Source: Paraphysomonas bandaiensis (Eukaryota > Protista > Chrysophyceae). Taken from it: 64,000 nucleotides of DNA. The stretch's first letter is position 1. The number at the start of each line of letters is the position of its first letter. The translations under genes and the position numbers were made by a program. Below are positions 35,467 through 50,226 of this stretch, one piece after another. Under the pieces are notes generated by a model. That model had not been told where the DNA came from. It was given only the letters and a program-made list of their open reading frames with translations, and did not search any database. The stretch spans positions 1-64,000 of the forward strand of contig CBFFRP010000312.1 in assembly GCA_965644295.1 (NCBI GenBank), in the 5' to 3' direction.

Positions 35467-36363
35467 ATGGGAGCGCTGTGTTCCACTCACAAGACAGCTG
35501 TGGGGGATGGAGTTGGAATAAAGCCTAAGAAGAAGATTAATGTAGCTGTGCTGGGGAACATTCTGACTATTCTCTCTTATGTATTTGAAAACGATAACAA
35601 TCTTCACACTGACTGCTTGAAAATGCTCTATATTGAGAGTAGAAAACCTGAATATGACCTCGCTAATGTTCATACATGGATATTGAAGAATACTAACATG
35701 GCAATAAACAAGAAGGAATGCGAAAACCTTGTTTTATATGTGGCACTCTATGCGCCATCTATTCCCACCCAATTCGACGATAGTTTTAACTATGTTAAGA
35801 AGAAGTGCACTCTTATTCCGCCATCTCCTAAAGAAATGAAAGATTGGGGCGCTAGAGTGAAACTGTTGGAGAAAAACTCTCAGTTTGCCCGAAAATTTGC
35901 CTCCTCTACTGTAAGTCATATTGCCCCTCGTCGTGGTTATTCCGACGCTTCTATGGTGAGAACTAGTAGTTTCAACAGGTCCAATATGGGAAAGTCTGAC
36001 AGCTTCAGCAAACCAGGCCTGAGTCGCAGCAGCAGTTTTACTTCAGTGTTGTCACGGAATAATAGCTTTAGTCGCCTTGGCAAAAAAATGTCCTTGCTTC
36101 AGCAGCAAATGTCCGGAAGCGATGTTCGGCGTACTTCTGCATCTAATACAGTGGTTGTGCAAGCGGCTGAAGTTAATGATAATGCAGTAATCAATAGAAG
36201 CTCTTCATCATGCAGTCAGAGCTCAGTGAACCCTGCATCTAGCACCCCGCGTGTAGAAGAGGCCCCGCGACAAAGTATTAGTAGCGAATCAGATGATCAT
36301 TGGTACACCAAGCCCATGAGTACGCGTGGCTCGATTGATCCTTATGCGGCCTCATTGTTGTAA
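35467..36363 (+). CDS. Hypothetical protein with probable N-myristoylation/palmitoylation (MGxxCS)
   Basis: ATG at 35467 gives MGALCSTHK. 298-aa ORF with a Ser-rich RxxSF tail. Confidence 0.7.
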   Translation: MGALCSTHKTAVGDGVGIKPKKKINVAVLGNILTILSYVFENDNNLHTDCLKMLYIESRKPEYDLANVHTWILKNTNMAINKKECENLVLYVALYAPSIPTQFDDSFNYVKKKCTLIPPSPKEMKDWGARVKLLEKNSQFARKFASSTVSHIAPRRGYSDASMVRTSSFNRSNMGKSDSFSKPGLSRSSSFTSVLSRNNSFSRLGKKMSLLQQQMSGSDVRRTSASNTVVVQAAEVNDNAVINRSSSSCSQSSVNPASSTPRVEEAPRQSISSESDDHWYTKPMSTRGSIDPYAASLL

Positions 36364-37097
36364 ATGTTCCACCACCCACAGCTGTAATCGAACTCTGCTA
36401 TAAATCAACAAGGGTGCCCTCTGGTGAAGTAACTTCCTTATTCATTATTCATGAATGTTGGAGTATATACTTCTTTGTGGCTCCAGAAATTACTATTGAG
36501 GTGTCTAAACACTGTGCTCAGTTTTGTTGCAACCTTGAACAGAACTGTACACCTCAACGGTCACCATTGTGAAATAATTGATAAAATAATTACCTTAATG
36601 ATGATAGGTGGACATATGCTCACATATTATTTGGATATACACTGTTGTTCACGTTAAAAGTACTGATGTTATTTTTGGCAGCTATCGTTCTGATCCTTGT
36701 TTGTGAATTTTGTGATGAATTTTATCATATAAATAATAATTTATAAATACCGTAGTAGTTAACTCATCCTTTAGCGATCAATGTGAATGGATAGATATTA
36801 GTTTTTTTCCCAAGCATATAATTCTATTCTTAATAATAGTCCTTTTGAGATGATTATGTACGCTTACACAATATCACTTTGCCACTTGACAAATGCAGAA
36901 CTTGAGCTACACACCACGCAACCAATAGAACTTATTGTTCAACGCAGAATTTACAACAATCTTCGATGCAGTGTCATGACTATAGTACACAAGATGGATG
37001 ATATGTGACTTGTATGTGGGATCACTTGGTCTACACTACACGATATATCATATACACTTCTATACACATTGTTCACTAAAAAATTAATCACGATCAA

Positions 37098-39001
37098 TTA
37101 CGAAGATTGACTCCGTCCACGATATTTGAAAAAATTATTCGGTGACCCGAAGTTCCCACGACTGTTGTGTCGGTAGAGTTTATTTCTGGTTTGACGCCTC
37201 GAAGGGGAGGAGAACAGAGATGTTGGAGCAGACTTGTTAACCTCATCCTCGTCGACGTCCAGCACAAAATTTTGTACAAAAGGTTGACCATGTTGCTGCA
37301 CTGGCAAAACCTTTGCCGGGCTCACAGGCGGTTTCGTTGCTGGCTTCAGTTTCGACACGATGTGGTACAGTAGTCCGTTGTCATCCGCTCCAACCAATAC
37401 TGCCTGATCTTTCAATTTTCTCTCCGACGTATGCGAGGCATTACCCGAATAAGTATCAGAACGGGTGCGACGATAGCGGGATGTGTCATTCAGTGTAGAT
37501 TTTAAAGGGGTAACTGGTGCACTGTATGACCTATTAACTTTCCTACCTGAGTTCTGAATGGGAGATATTTTCTTCTTGGGGCTCCCAATGGATAGGTGTG
37601 ATAGCGTATCTGACAGTGACAAATTTCCAAGACTTCTATCGGATTGGCTAACTCCATGTATGCACAAACGACTTGTACCTCCCTCATTATTAACATTGTC
37701 ACGCTCTTTATCCCATTTATCCATTGGCCTAGCATTTACTGGCTCGCCGAACTGTAACTCGTCTTCCCTTTCATCGTCATCACTACTCGCACCATCACTG
37801 TGCAAATCGAGGTCGTCGTCACCTTCCTTATATGGAGAGTATATGTCGTGCTCAAAGGGATTAAGACTGCAATATTGAAACCTCTTTTTATCTTTGGCCA
37901 CTTCACGACTAATACTTTCAGACTGAATGACAACAGTGTCTCGGGCGCGCCGGTTGCGGTGAAGGTTAATGGCACCTCTCCTTGACCACACGCGACTATA
38001 TGTCTGCACCATATCCCCAATTAAATGCATTGTACCTCATGCTTCCTAGATACAAAAATATATAAAACATACCTCCGGTCTCAGTGACTCTGTTTCTATC
38101 CAGTCCAAACGTTTTCTCATACTATGCTCTCTACTATGACTTAGCACGTACAGTTTCACAAAGTCCTAAAGACAAAATAAGGAGAGTATAAACAACTAAG
38201 CACAGTGACTTTGAATATATGACACTTAAACATGTATACTCACAGATTCTTTGAAGTCACTAATGCATTGAATATCCTTTAGTAGTCGAAACTTCGGAGG
38301 ATATGCCGCGATATCAACAATACTGCCACGGGGCCATATCACATCAATAATGCTCGATTTCACAATAACTTACTCATCTAGAAGAGTCCAGGCAAAGGCT
38401 ACAGTATTTCGTGGTTCAGAGTCGATGGCCCATAATTCTACTCATATTATCATTAGCCTTGAGAGGATATAGTCATAGGCATTTTACCTATGATTTCCAG
38501 CAGGATACAATAAAATGCATTCTTATCAAGCTGGCCAAATCTCTTCAAATCAGATTCATAGTCCATATTCGTTATCAGTTGTGATATGTCGTCGCTTATA
38601 CTAACATCAATAAGAGCCTTCTGAAGAGAAGCGTTGAGCCGTCTGTATCCCTTCTCCGACAAAGTCCAAGTCGTTGACCCGACATATATAAGCACTGTCT
38701 GCCAGAAGCATCTGAAGATATATGATAGAGCCGTATTATGACTCAGTTCTTCACACTCGACAGCAATAGCTACAGGATCACATAATTCCGAGTGAATGGG
38801 CTTTGTTACTACATTATCAAAAGCTGTTCGAGCCTTCTGTCGAGCCGCATCTGACCGAGAGTTTAATCTGCGCGTAGATATGGATTCCTTTACCACTAAC
38901 CAAGCCTGAACCAACCACACCACAGCGTTAGATATGTATATAATTAACGTATATACATATACATATACATAAACCTGTTTGACATCCGGTCGAATTCGCA
39001 T
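37098..39001 (-). CDS. Hypothetical multi-exon protein
   Basis: ORFs 38453-39001 and 37098-38030 are linked by small exons with GT-AG sites. No family recognised. Confidence 0.6.
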
Positions 39002-39461
39002 ACTCTCACTTCAAAAATAATCACCGCTCGAAGTGATATTTGCTATAGAAGAAAGTCAGACTTCGCACTTTCATTAGTCTGATTGGGTGGGAAGACAGAG
39101 ACTTCCATTCTTACATATCGCTGTATGTATATGTGATGTGAGGCGGATAAAAGGAACACATCATGTGCTATATGCTCTATGGGTATGTATATATCTATCT
39201 GTACAGCAGTACATCATATCACAGCAACGGACAGATTCCTATATACTGTACTGTACACATGTATACACTGCTGTATGCTAGTATGTCCACTGCTGTACCA
39301 TGGTGTATGTAGAGATACACGCTGCACATACATAAACCCATAGGCATCCCATCCATACTACAGCAGTATACGGTATGCACTTCATGTACACCAGAGTAGC
39401 ATGCTGATTCTCTTAATGTAACTCCTCACAGTCCAACCATACATCCTCTAGACTATCCACC

Positions 39462-41373
39462 ATGACATGGATGAGATTCCTCGCAATCCTACTCATATCC
39501 CACTGTAGCTGTGAGGTATATCCCAGTAGATTACTGCTAAGCAAAGTGTCAGTCCGTCACAATGTCTCGAGCTCATCTCTCCACTGGGATATATCCACCA
39601 TACACCGTATAAACACCACCTCCCCTCCTCTCTGTGAGATGCATATGACAGGAACCATAGTCCTCCCCATAGAGCATGAGGTGTTCTTTAAGACAGGTCA
39701 TGCAGCGATGGCTCTAGAGGGCTATCCGGACACCACCACATGTCTGTACATGACTGTCACTGGGGCTGAAGTTAACCATCAACATGTAAGGAGCCTCAGT
39801 GTATATCTGCGTCTTATTGCAGTCTTTATTCAGGATATTCCGAACACGCTCAATATAGCAGTTATGTGCAGTATACAAGCATCAGACGTAAACACTGTGA
39901 CCAACCCATGTACCACTCTACTCTATGATCGAGTACCTATTTCTATTACAGTGCATCCCGCGCGCACGCTTGAGCCAGAAGAAGCCGGGCCACCTCCCCC
40001 CAAGTTTGTATCGGGTCGGCCGTACAAACCTCAAAATATCCACTACCTCTCCCCACCCCCACCACCCTCACTTCCGCTGCCATTAACTGCAAGTATCACT
40101 TCTTCTCCTTATAGTCCCTCGGAGATGGTAGGACAACGAGTAGTTTGTACAGTACAGACTTTTCGCAATCGCATGAGTGGCCCCATGTTGTATATGTTTC
40201 TACAATACTACCTTTCCACTGGTTGGGGAGTAGTTATCTTTGACCGATTCGGAAGGCATGCGGATGTAGTACAGGAGTTTCTTTCATCCTCGGGATTAGT
40301 GTACTATCCATTTACCATTTTACAGAATCTTTTCCCTGATATTTACAATTCAGAATTTGAAAGAACTCAGGTAATGCCAGCGCTGTGTGATTACATCTCA
40401 TTTATAACTTGTAGGGGTCGGAGTTTAAGTTTTATAGCCGCCGAGGAGCGCACGGATTTCCTGAAGGAGAAAATAATATTCTTCAGGTATACAGATCTCA
40501 TACGCCTGTGAAACATATGTTACCGGTAACATGATATATTGTCCATAAAACTGCGCGTAATGTCGCCACCGTACAGCTTAATAGACGTTTCGTTAGGGCA
40601 ATGCAGAAGCCAATGACGATGCTGATCGCAGAAAATCCTACAACTATGCTCGTCTGGTTTTTTCTGATGCGCTTTCTATTCTGTACGCTGACAGAGATGA
40701 GTTTTTCTATTGCAACACCAAGGTTAACAGTTTAGCAGTACAAAAAGCCATACACACGAGATATATTACTAAAGTTGCTCGGCGAGAAAAGCACGGTAGG
40801 CGACGTTTTTCGATGTTTCAAGGATTTTTTTGATGCTGTTACTATATAGGCGTCGTATTAAAGCGGATGGCACATGCCCCTGTATATCCACGGTCATATA
40901 GACCTCCAACCACAGACGCTTCGCCGCCGCGCATGTTTGACGTCAACGAGCACGTCACGAGTTGTTTAGAAGCAGGTTACCTTGTCCGCAATATGTCCGC
41001 CCTTTGGGGTTGCTGGAGCGGTATATATATGGTAAATACGAAATCGAAAAGTTTAGATGTTAACACTGGCTGGAGATGTCCTTTTTATGGTGTCCACAAT
41101 GTCTGTCTGAGGTAATATATGAGATGCATGTGTAGACGAAAGTGTTCGGTATGTCATTACTTATTTGATGTCCTATTTCACAGGTGTCAATGTCAACTTG
41201 AAGAGTCTAATAGGTTAAGAACTTGAAGTGTCTAATGACGATAGCTCATTCTTGTTTTTAGGTGTTATATTATTCATCTCAACAGCGTATATTTTAAACC
41301 GAGAATGCTGAACAAATACGGTGATGATATATATACATCACATACGGCAATGACGAGTATATGGAATAGGTAG
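39462..41373 (+). CDS. Secretory-pathway glycosyltransferase-like protein (GT92/DUF23-like), multi-exon
   Basis: Hydrophobic N-terminus, FLQYYLSTGWGVVIFDR, DxD motif LYADRDEFFY (~40680), terminal exon CYIIHLNS...WNR*. Confidence 0.6.
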
Positions 41374-41664
41374 TGTATGTTTAGTTCAGTACTTGAGTTG
41401 TCATGTAAGGAAGTTGTTTCACGCTTTATGATGTTAGTCTTAGAGGTAAAATCTCTGGTATTGTACAGAACGAACAAGAACTTTGTAAATATGTTACTTT
41501 GTTGCACACTATGTGCGTACTGCGTACTCCCGAAAAATAATTATTTTAAGCACCTTACATCATATTCATGCAACATGTGGGGAACATCTTTTCCCCTTAA
41601 CATACGACTATCATGTACTTAACAGTAAACTTCACATTCATAAATATCATATATATATACGTAC

Positions 41665-41690
41665 CAGGGCTAGGAAACAATATATTGAAT
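41665..41690 (+). mobile_element. Isolated hAT-like TIR
   Basis: CAGGGCTAGGAAACAATATATTG matches the reverse complement of the 8216 terminus (CAGGGATAGGGAACAATATATTG). Confidence 0.45.
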
Positions 41691-42226
41691 TGCACAAGTA
41701 ACTAAATGTAACTCCTTTGTAATTAAATTAATTCTCTACTGCTGCGGACTAGTTCCACCTATTGAACTGCATTTGCGCAATATATTATATATTCCATGTC
41801 ATACAGTAAATTCTATGGGGAGGGATAGAAGTATTGAAGGTATATGCCCATGATTCACAAGCAGCTTTACTCTCAATAGTAGGATATCAGACTAATGCAC
41901 TGGCTCATGAAGACATTCCCTACTACCATCTACTTTTTAGTAGCATTTACATATTTAATACGTATATTATTATGATATCAGGTTTTAACATTTTCTTAAT
42001 ACATAGCCCTAATAATATTATCAAGGCAATAAATATTCAAATACCATACTTTTTTCATTTTCTATCGGTTACATTCTCACAATATTCTAAAAGGAAATTA
42101 TATCTATACTACTGTGTTAATAGATTCGTTCGAAACTGCAATTTATTCCGTATATTCGTATAATATGATTATATTCTGAAGAACAAGTCTCAACGTATCA
42201 CCTTTAAGCAATGGGATACAACCCGC

Positions 42227-45200
42227 TTACTTCGAATCAATCATCAAGGTATCCACTGAAATGACGAAATATAGTTTCCATGTCGCCGGTGAAATATATA
42301 CTTCACCTTCGAAATCTACAGCTTGTGCTACTAATTCAAAATCACACCGCTTTAAGAATGCTCCACTAACCGGGTCCTTTCGAGTACTGACTTTCGAACT
42401 ATTTACAGTTTCTTCAAACTTCTCTTTCGATATAGGCCCACATGTCAATAACCACTCACCCTGAATATCAATTAGTCAACAATAAAGAAATGAAAAACTG
42501 CCAAGCGTTTACCTCATCTAATACAAAATAGTACAGCGACCCATTGGGTGCACAGTACCACCCAGACTCTCCTGTATGATAAGTAAGAAAAGTAGTATTT
42601 CGGAACTTTTGTGGTATATTACCTTGAATTGTTTTCCTCATTGCTACAAGGACACCTGATGTCTTGGCAGCATGGTGAATTTTCATACGCGTCGTTGATG
42701 CTCGTGCAATGAACCCTCTAGCTGCAGCTTGTAGCTTATTCACCCTACTGAGGGAGCGAGGACTGAGAGTTGACGAACGCGCTTCAATCGAATTCATTCG
42801 GGAAAGGCGCAACTCTTCTTCAGCTCCCTGTAGAGACTCTTCAAGGGTAGATAATCGAGACTTCATCTCAGTCTCTTTCGCTTTGAGATCATTTATCTCT
42901 ACGCTTCTCGATGCCAATAACTTTTCGTATGAAGTGATCTGGTTTCGAAGATTTTGCATTGCGGACCTCTCACTCGCCAAACTTTCGTTCAAAGAAATAA
43001 CTTGGTTTTCTTTTTCTTTTTCTTGGGATCTAATTTTGTCGCGTAGAGATTCAATTTCTTTCTCACGTTCATCAAGTCGACTCTGAAGTTTTCTTGTGGC
43101 ATCGTTGATGGCACGCTTCATGGATTCTGACAGGACTGCATCAGTCGTGGACTTAACGAAAGCTGGCCTATCGAATTGCTTAACTTCTGGATCGATATCA
43201 ATAGAAGTCACTTTTTGAACCACTACATCCGGAGGTGGGATACTCACAGTAGGTACAGAAGGTAGGGTTTCGTCACGTTTTAAGGCAGTTTGTACCCTGT
43301 GGAGAGCATCGTCGATAGTATATTGGGAAATAAATTGTGCAACTTCTAGTACTCTATTTCTCACAACACCCTCTTTTAGAGCCTCGCATTTATCACACTT
43401 CTAACCACACATGTCAGCGACATGTAACTGTATTAGTACAACACATACCTGATCCACATGTTTCAACGCTGCTTTCTCAGTAGTCAAGCGCTCTACTTCA
43501 GCTCGCAGACGAGAAATCTCGGCATTTTCAGCCACATTCTGTTGTTGTCCAATACTGCTGACTTTCTCTTTACTTGCAAGAGCGCCCTCTGCTCGTAATA
43601 ATTTCGACAGCAAGGCGGCCTTCTCTTCTTCACGTTGTCGCGATTCGTTGTACACTAGTTGCGCTTGAGCTTTCTTCTCCTTTTCATTTACCTTCATCTG
43701 TTGCTTCAGAGCAGCTACTGTCTGTTCTGATTGAAGCAATTGAGACAATAACTTCGCTTTCTCTTCCTCTCGTTGCCGGGAATTATCGTACTCCATATTT
43801 TCCGCAACGCGTTTGTCTTTCAAGAGCTTTTTAATTTGTTCCTGTTGATTCGTTATAGTTGTCTCCGAACGAGATAACTTTTCTTGAAGCTCAGTCACTG
43901 TTGACGCATGCGAGTCCTCCATTGATTTTTTGGCATTAGAAACGTCCTCATACTGACTTCGCAAATCATTTAAGTCCTTTGTCGTCATTTCCAACTGTCG
44001 TTTTTTCTCCGTAAGTTCAGTCTCCAGTTGTTTCGATTGCGATGACAGAGTACTCCCTTGTAGTTCTATTTTCTTCTGTAACTCTTCCACTTGGGAAATC
44101 GTACTCTCCAACTCCCCTTGTAGTGTTTCTTTCTCTTCGGATATAATATTCCGAGAAGATTCTAAATCATTATATTCAGCAGCTTTCTTTTGTAAATCCT
44201 TCTCCATATCGCTCATCAATCCCTCAAGCCGCTCAATGTCTCCCTTTAATTTACTACACGTAGCAGCATGGTCACCCTCCATGGTTGCAATGCGGTCCTC
44301 ATATGACCGCTTAGTATTTTCCACTAAACAGTTCAGACGTATTGTAGTCGAGTCTAGCTGCTTTTGAGCTTCTGCAGACGATTCATCAAACACTTCTTGC
44401 AAACGAGCAATTTCCATCTCATAGTGAGTTTTTATCTTCTCCATGCTATTATGCGCTTCTGCAAGGGCCTCGCCATTAGAACTCCTGAGAGCACCTATCT
44501 CTGCCTGCATTTTACTGATATCTTCGGAATGTTTCTCCTCAAATTCCTTCTCGCGCTTATTGAAAGTCAGTTGTTGGGCTTCCAGTTCCTGTGCATGAGT
44601 AGCATCCTTTTCGGCCAGAGCTTCTTCATGCTTCGTCTGCATCGCTTCAAGGGCTTTCCTATGATCACTTTGCAACTGTTCAATTCTCTCCGAGTGTTCT
44701 TTATTACTGCTGAGGTGTGTTTCAGTCATTTTAGCAAGGCTCCGATCCTTCTCCAGTAGAGAGAGGCGAAGTGACTCGTTCTCACGCTTCATATCGCGCA
44801 GTTTGTTTCGTATCAACGGGATAATATTTTCCTTTAGAGCTTCGATCTCCTTCTTTAACATAGATATCTGTGTAGAGGCTTCTGATTTAATCATTTTCGA
44901 CTGCACTGTGAGAGCTTTCATTGTAGATAACAGTTTCTGGAGCTGATATCTCATTGATCTCTTAAAATCGTTTAACTCGTCGAAGTGTCTTGCACTCTCA
45001 CCAAGACGAACCGTGCGAGCAACCTGCAACACTGGAGACCATTCCTCCAAATCAAACAGTGCATTAGGAACCTGAAATGCTCGTTTCTTTACAAAACGCT
45101 CCAGATCATCAGCTTTTGATATGCTTATAGTGGCATATAACAGTGTTGCAAGAGCGGAATATATTCGAACAGATTGTTGACAGTGAGCCTTCACATTTAT

Positions 45201-45353
45201 CGTCAGTCCTGTGCTCGTACTGAGTTCAGATGCTCGACTCTTAGCAGCATTATAACTCTCTCGCAGATAGCGGACTGATATGTCTCCTGTCTTATCAAAA
45301 GTGAAGAGCTCCTTCTCGCTCTCTGGTTTACTCTTCTTATCAACAGCTAGCAT
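42227..45353 (-). CDS. Long coiled-coil protein with IQ motif and small C-terminal globular domain; about 4 exons
   Basis: Heptad-rich E/K/Q ORFs, IQ-like KLQAAARGFIAR, and in-frame GT-AG joins. Confidence 0.8.
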
Positions 45354-45561
45354 GTTAAGTCCTCGCTATCTATGGATCAAAGATTCTGAACATATTCTTC
45401 AATTGCAAAGGCAGGCGATCTATACGCAGATAGTGATATACATACACACATACATGAGACATGTGAGAAGAATTCCACACGTTACAGTGCATCACATGCT
45501 GCCCCATACACCCACTGCTGTAGGATAGTATACGTTTCATTTTCAGCGAGATATACAGGCT

Positions 45562-45870
45562 ATATGCATGTATGTATGTATGTATGTATGTATGTATGTA
45601 TGTATGTATGTATGTATGTATGTATGTATGTATGTATGTATGTATGTATGTATGTATGTATGTATGTATGTATGTATGTATGTATGTATGTATGTATGTA
45701 TGTATGTATGCATGTATGTATGTATGTATGTATGTATGTATGTATGTATGTATGTATGTATGTATGTATGTATGTATGTATGTATGTATGTATGTATGTA
45801 TGTATGTATGTATGTATGTATGTATGTATGTATGTATGTATGTATGTATGTATGTATGTATGTGTATGTA
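45562..45870. repeat. (TATG)n microsatellite, about 75 units
   Basis: Directly visible. Confidence 0.98.
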
Positions 45871-45983
45871 GTACATGAGTACAGCGAATACTGTGCATGA
45901 TTAAAGTGTGTTTGGTATATGTATGTGGGTATTGGGATGGTAGTTTGGGTGCGCAGTGACCTTAACACATTTAATGTAAGGTA

Positions 45984-47370
45984 ATGTCGGAGTTCACAGA
46001 CTCGACACATAGCACGCATTGGATCTTATCGGTAGAACAGCAAGGTAATTCCCTCCTATGTGTGTAAGGTCCTCAACGTGTGTGTGTGTATGTATAGATA
46101 TATGTCGAGCATACCGACACAGACACTACTTAACCACATCATCAGAGGAAGAGAACAAGGTAACACATCCCCACCCCTCACAGTGACATTCATTCACTCT
46201 TAGATCATACAGGCGATATTTTATTCATGCGATGCGGCTCGTATGAACCATGTGGACTATGAGCCTATGAGTATAGATGACGACACAGCCGCTCTGCTGG
46301 AGGAAGATGAAGTCATACTCACACACTTCTGTCACTTTATTAGGAAATCATGTGGACCTAATCCGAACTGTGCGATACGCTCCACATGGCGAGTGCCGGT
46401 AAACGAAATGGACTGTGATATTCACAAATTACTTATGTTGTGTTAGAGTACAGCTGTCAGTTTCTTCAGAAGGTTTTATTTGCATAACTCGTTAAGAGTT
46501 CATGATCCTAGAGTAATTATGTATGCTTTTCAAAGTGTATCTATTCCAGAATGTTGATATTGAGTCAGGATTGCCTGTATATTTCTCGCTGGAAAGGCTG
46601 AAGAAGATTATATCCCTCCTACGTTGTTACTATCTAAAGTTCACAAGAAGTGCAACATGGAGACACTTCTAAGTAAAGAAGAGCACCTATTAGAGGTAAG
46701 TAGATAAGCAACTTATAATGGCGGCGTTGAATGCGGACTCGTAGGGTCTTAACTTTGACTTGCGAGTGTTCCATCCCCAGGTGTCGATTTACGCATTTGT
46801 GACAGACATGAGGCGGAAGTCGGAGATGGGGAGGGAGAACGCAGCACAGGTCTTCAGGGAATGGGTTACGCGAGCGGAAAATGCTACAGATGTACTAATG
46901 GTACGAAATATTTTCATTCCGAACTTCCGTAACCACATGTTCAAATTGCTTGTGCAGAATTCGAAAATGTGTTTAAGCGTAAATCCATCGCTTGTTGCAA
47001 TTGGTGCCCTCATATATACAGGTGTACAACGATTGCTAAATATGGTTGTTTGTTGCTGACATGTTTCTCTTACAGAACCTGAAAATCCTCCATTGCAGGT
47101 ACGGGAATATATACGCGAGAGGTTTGGTGAAATCCCCAGTCAAACTATACTTCACGAAGCGGAGTCACTCATGAAGTACTTTGTTGTGGTAAGAGAACAC
47201 GATTTCTCACCAGTTCGAAATATTTGTAACACATTTTGATATATTATTACTACCTTATTTTGAGTTAGAGACTTATTCCGCTCTGTTGTTTACAGGAAGA
47301 TAACCCTAGTCGTACAAAGAGTGCCTTGCAGCGGCTCGTTGGAACTGCTTTGTGGGGCAAGCGTAAATGA
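45984..47370 (+). CDS. CCNH: Cyclin H (CAK/TFIIH cyclin), multi-exon
   Basis: MSEFTDSTHSTHWIL, STAVSFFRRFYLHNSLRVHDPRVIM, ACIFLAGKAEE and GLNFDLRVFHP; stop at 47368-47370. Confidence 0.88.
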
Positions 47371-48126
47371 TAGTTTTTTCTTAAGAAATATATATATGTT
47401 TATTAGCGTGGGTTATTACAATCCAGACTTAACACGACAATCTACTGAACATTTTTTGACACTAACAATTTCTGCTGAACAGTATAGTGTGCAGTTGCTT
47501 CTCAATTTCCTAGTAAACCTGTTGTATAAGCATTAGGGATATCTTAGTACGTAGATAATGAGTAGGACAACTATTCCTTCATAAAAAAGGTAATACCACT
47601 ACAACTAATACGCGATTTACGAAAAATCGACTGCGTTCACAAACTACAGATGGAGAATAACAGCTTGATCTGAAATCTAAATGATGTCCCGGTACAATTT
47701 GATGACTTGTGAGAGGTTGTTTTAGACACCTTGAAATGTTAATGTTTCTGCGTGCATATCGGCAAAACAATTACAATATATTGATGCTGCTTCCTAGATA
47801 TATATGGCAGTGAAAAGTCGTGCAGGACGACTACTATCTGACATTTTGAGTTCCTTGTCGATAAATGTTACTTAACTAATGAAACACATATAAATAGACT
47901 GTTAACTACTATTACACTCACTGATTCATCACTAAGAAAACCGAAAGCATTTACAAGAAACTATGTTTGAATCTTATTACACGTTTTCGACATAGGCAAA
48001 ATTGACGAATCATGATACTCGACTGAACTGCAATTACCTTTCTATATTCAGTCGGTATATATCCCTATACCACACTTATTTCAGGACAAAGAATTTGAAG
48101 AAATTGGCAAAGTGATGACAGAGAAA

Positions 48127-50226
48127 TCATCGATACCCCGAATGTTTAGACCCACGTTGCTGAAGAGCGGGAAGCCGAGTAACTCTCGAGTCCGCAACTG
48201 GGGCAGAGGCTACTTTTCGCGTTGGTTGCGTTGCGCCAACCCCTTGCGATGAAAACCCCATGTGGTTAAATTGTGAAAACAGTTGTGACTGTCCCCCCGA
48301 AGTCTGTCCATAGGAATCAGAGCGGTCTTGACGTTGAATATACTTTGAGGCCTTACTGGACGAGGAGTGCTGCAAAACACTCCCGCCCCGTACAACCCCC
48401 TGTGGCTGTACACGATCCCTTCTGGATGTGAGATCTTCTGAACCCGATCCATATCTTTCGATCCGACCGCTGCTCCTGCTGCTGTCCTTTTCGACTCGTG
48501 AGCTGCTGCTTTCTGCCACTTCCTGGTCTTGCTTTAACCGCTGAAGACCCTGCAGGAAAAATCGACGCTTATGTTTTTTTTCCTGCTTTGCGATCATCTC
48601 CACTTTCTGCGGGGATGGGGAAGGTGGAGCACTTTTGCTGCGCGATAGTGATTTGGGGTTGGGGCCACCGTCGCCTTCACTCATGGTAGAGTCACTGCGT
48701 TGAAGAGAACGAGAGTACTCGACACGACCTTCATCCGCCTCAGTGGCGTGTGCATCCGATTCAGTTCTGCCATGGGTAGGGTGCTGGTTCCCAGATGCTT
48801 GGCGGGAAAGTGATGTGCTCTTTTTGATGGGGGAGGGCTCCAAAAATATGGAATCATCGCATGGGCGATTAACTTCTTCCCGGACCATCGCTTGCAGTTG
48901 CTCAAGACTGTAGTCCTCACGTTCGAAATCAAAAAACTTCTCATCCACTCGACGGGGCATAGTATCTTCACTGTATTCACATAAAACCTGTGCGTCTTGA
49001 ATGTAGGGATACTCGAGAGCTTCCGCTGCGGATGGACGGCGGTTGGGATTAAGGTCCATTAGAACCTCGAGAAGTTCCAGAGCTTCAGGAGAGGCTTGCG
49101 GAATAAAGCTCGCGAGGGACTTCCCGCTGTATCTGCACCGGCGATCTAAAAATGAGGTAGCTTCTGAGCTCAGTTCAAATCCTAAATCCGCTGGCCCATG
49201 GTATCCTCGCACCTCTAGGATAAGCTGTACTTGATTGGCGTGGCTCTTGCCAGGAAATAATGGCTTGCGCTTAATGAGCTCACCGATAATGCACCTAAAA
49301 ATTAATGACAAAAAGTTCGTCAGTTAAGTAATATAGACAGCATGAAAAGAGCGCACCCGATCGACCATATGTCTATAGCAGCACTGTAGGGTTGGGTGGG
49401 ACTCAAGAGCAGTTCTGGGCAACGGTACCACCTCGTTACCACGTACTCCGTGAGCGGGTTTTGGCGGTTATTCCCAGAAAGCGTATCCTCGTCCATGAAT
49501 CGAGCGAGGCCAAAATCCGTAATACGCAATTGACAATCTGAAGCAGCACAAGTGTAACAAATGCGTAACAATAATAAAACCCAAACGTACCTTTGCTGAC
49601 AAGCAGGTTTCCTGGCTTGAGATCACGGTCTATACACAGATATACGTCAGAACAATGTGTGTCAATATAAAGTATCACTTACGAAACACGCCAATTTCGT
49701 GCATCGCTTTGATTCCCTCCAACATTTGTCTCGCAAAACATTTGTAGTGCATGTCATTCAGTGGCTGCTTGCTCTGTATAATGCGGTGCAAGTCGCAATC
49801 CATAAGCTGGCCAAAAAAATGTCAAATCATGTATATATGGGTAAGATACATCAACTGAACCTCCATTGACATGTATAGCTCCGCTTTTTCGTCAAATATA
49901 CTCAGTCCATAAAGCGCGATCACCTAATCAACAGCATATCATAAAAAGAAATACTAAACACTCAAACATACGTTTGGATGTCGTCCAAGTAGTTTCATGA
50001 GACGAATTTCTCGTAACGTGTGTCGCGCATCCCACTCATCATTAGCAAACGGTCGTATTCTCTTAATCGCAATGGTCTCTTGGCGGACGTTATCGAAAGC
50101 AGTACACACGACCCCAAATGATCCTCGACCAAGAATTTTCCCTGGTTGATATCGTCTGTCTATAGTGAATGTGTGTCCCTGAACCACCGTAGCCACAAGA
50201 TTACTGTTCGCATCAACTCTTGACAT
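48127..50226 (-). CDS. Mitogen-activated protein kinase (TEY) with long C-terminal extension
   Basis: [29 protein letters not shown] and [17 protein letters not shown]; multiple short introns. Confidence 0.95.

Noticed and set aside
45370-46019. YIHT/MYVC repeat ORFs
   Set aside because: Translations of the (TATG)n microsatellite.
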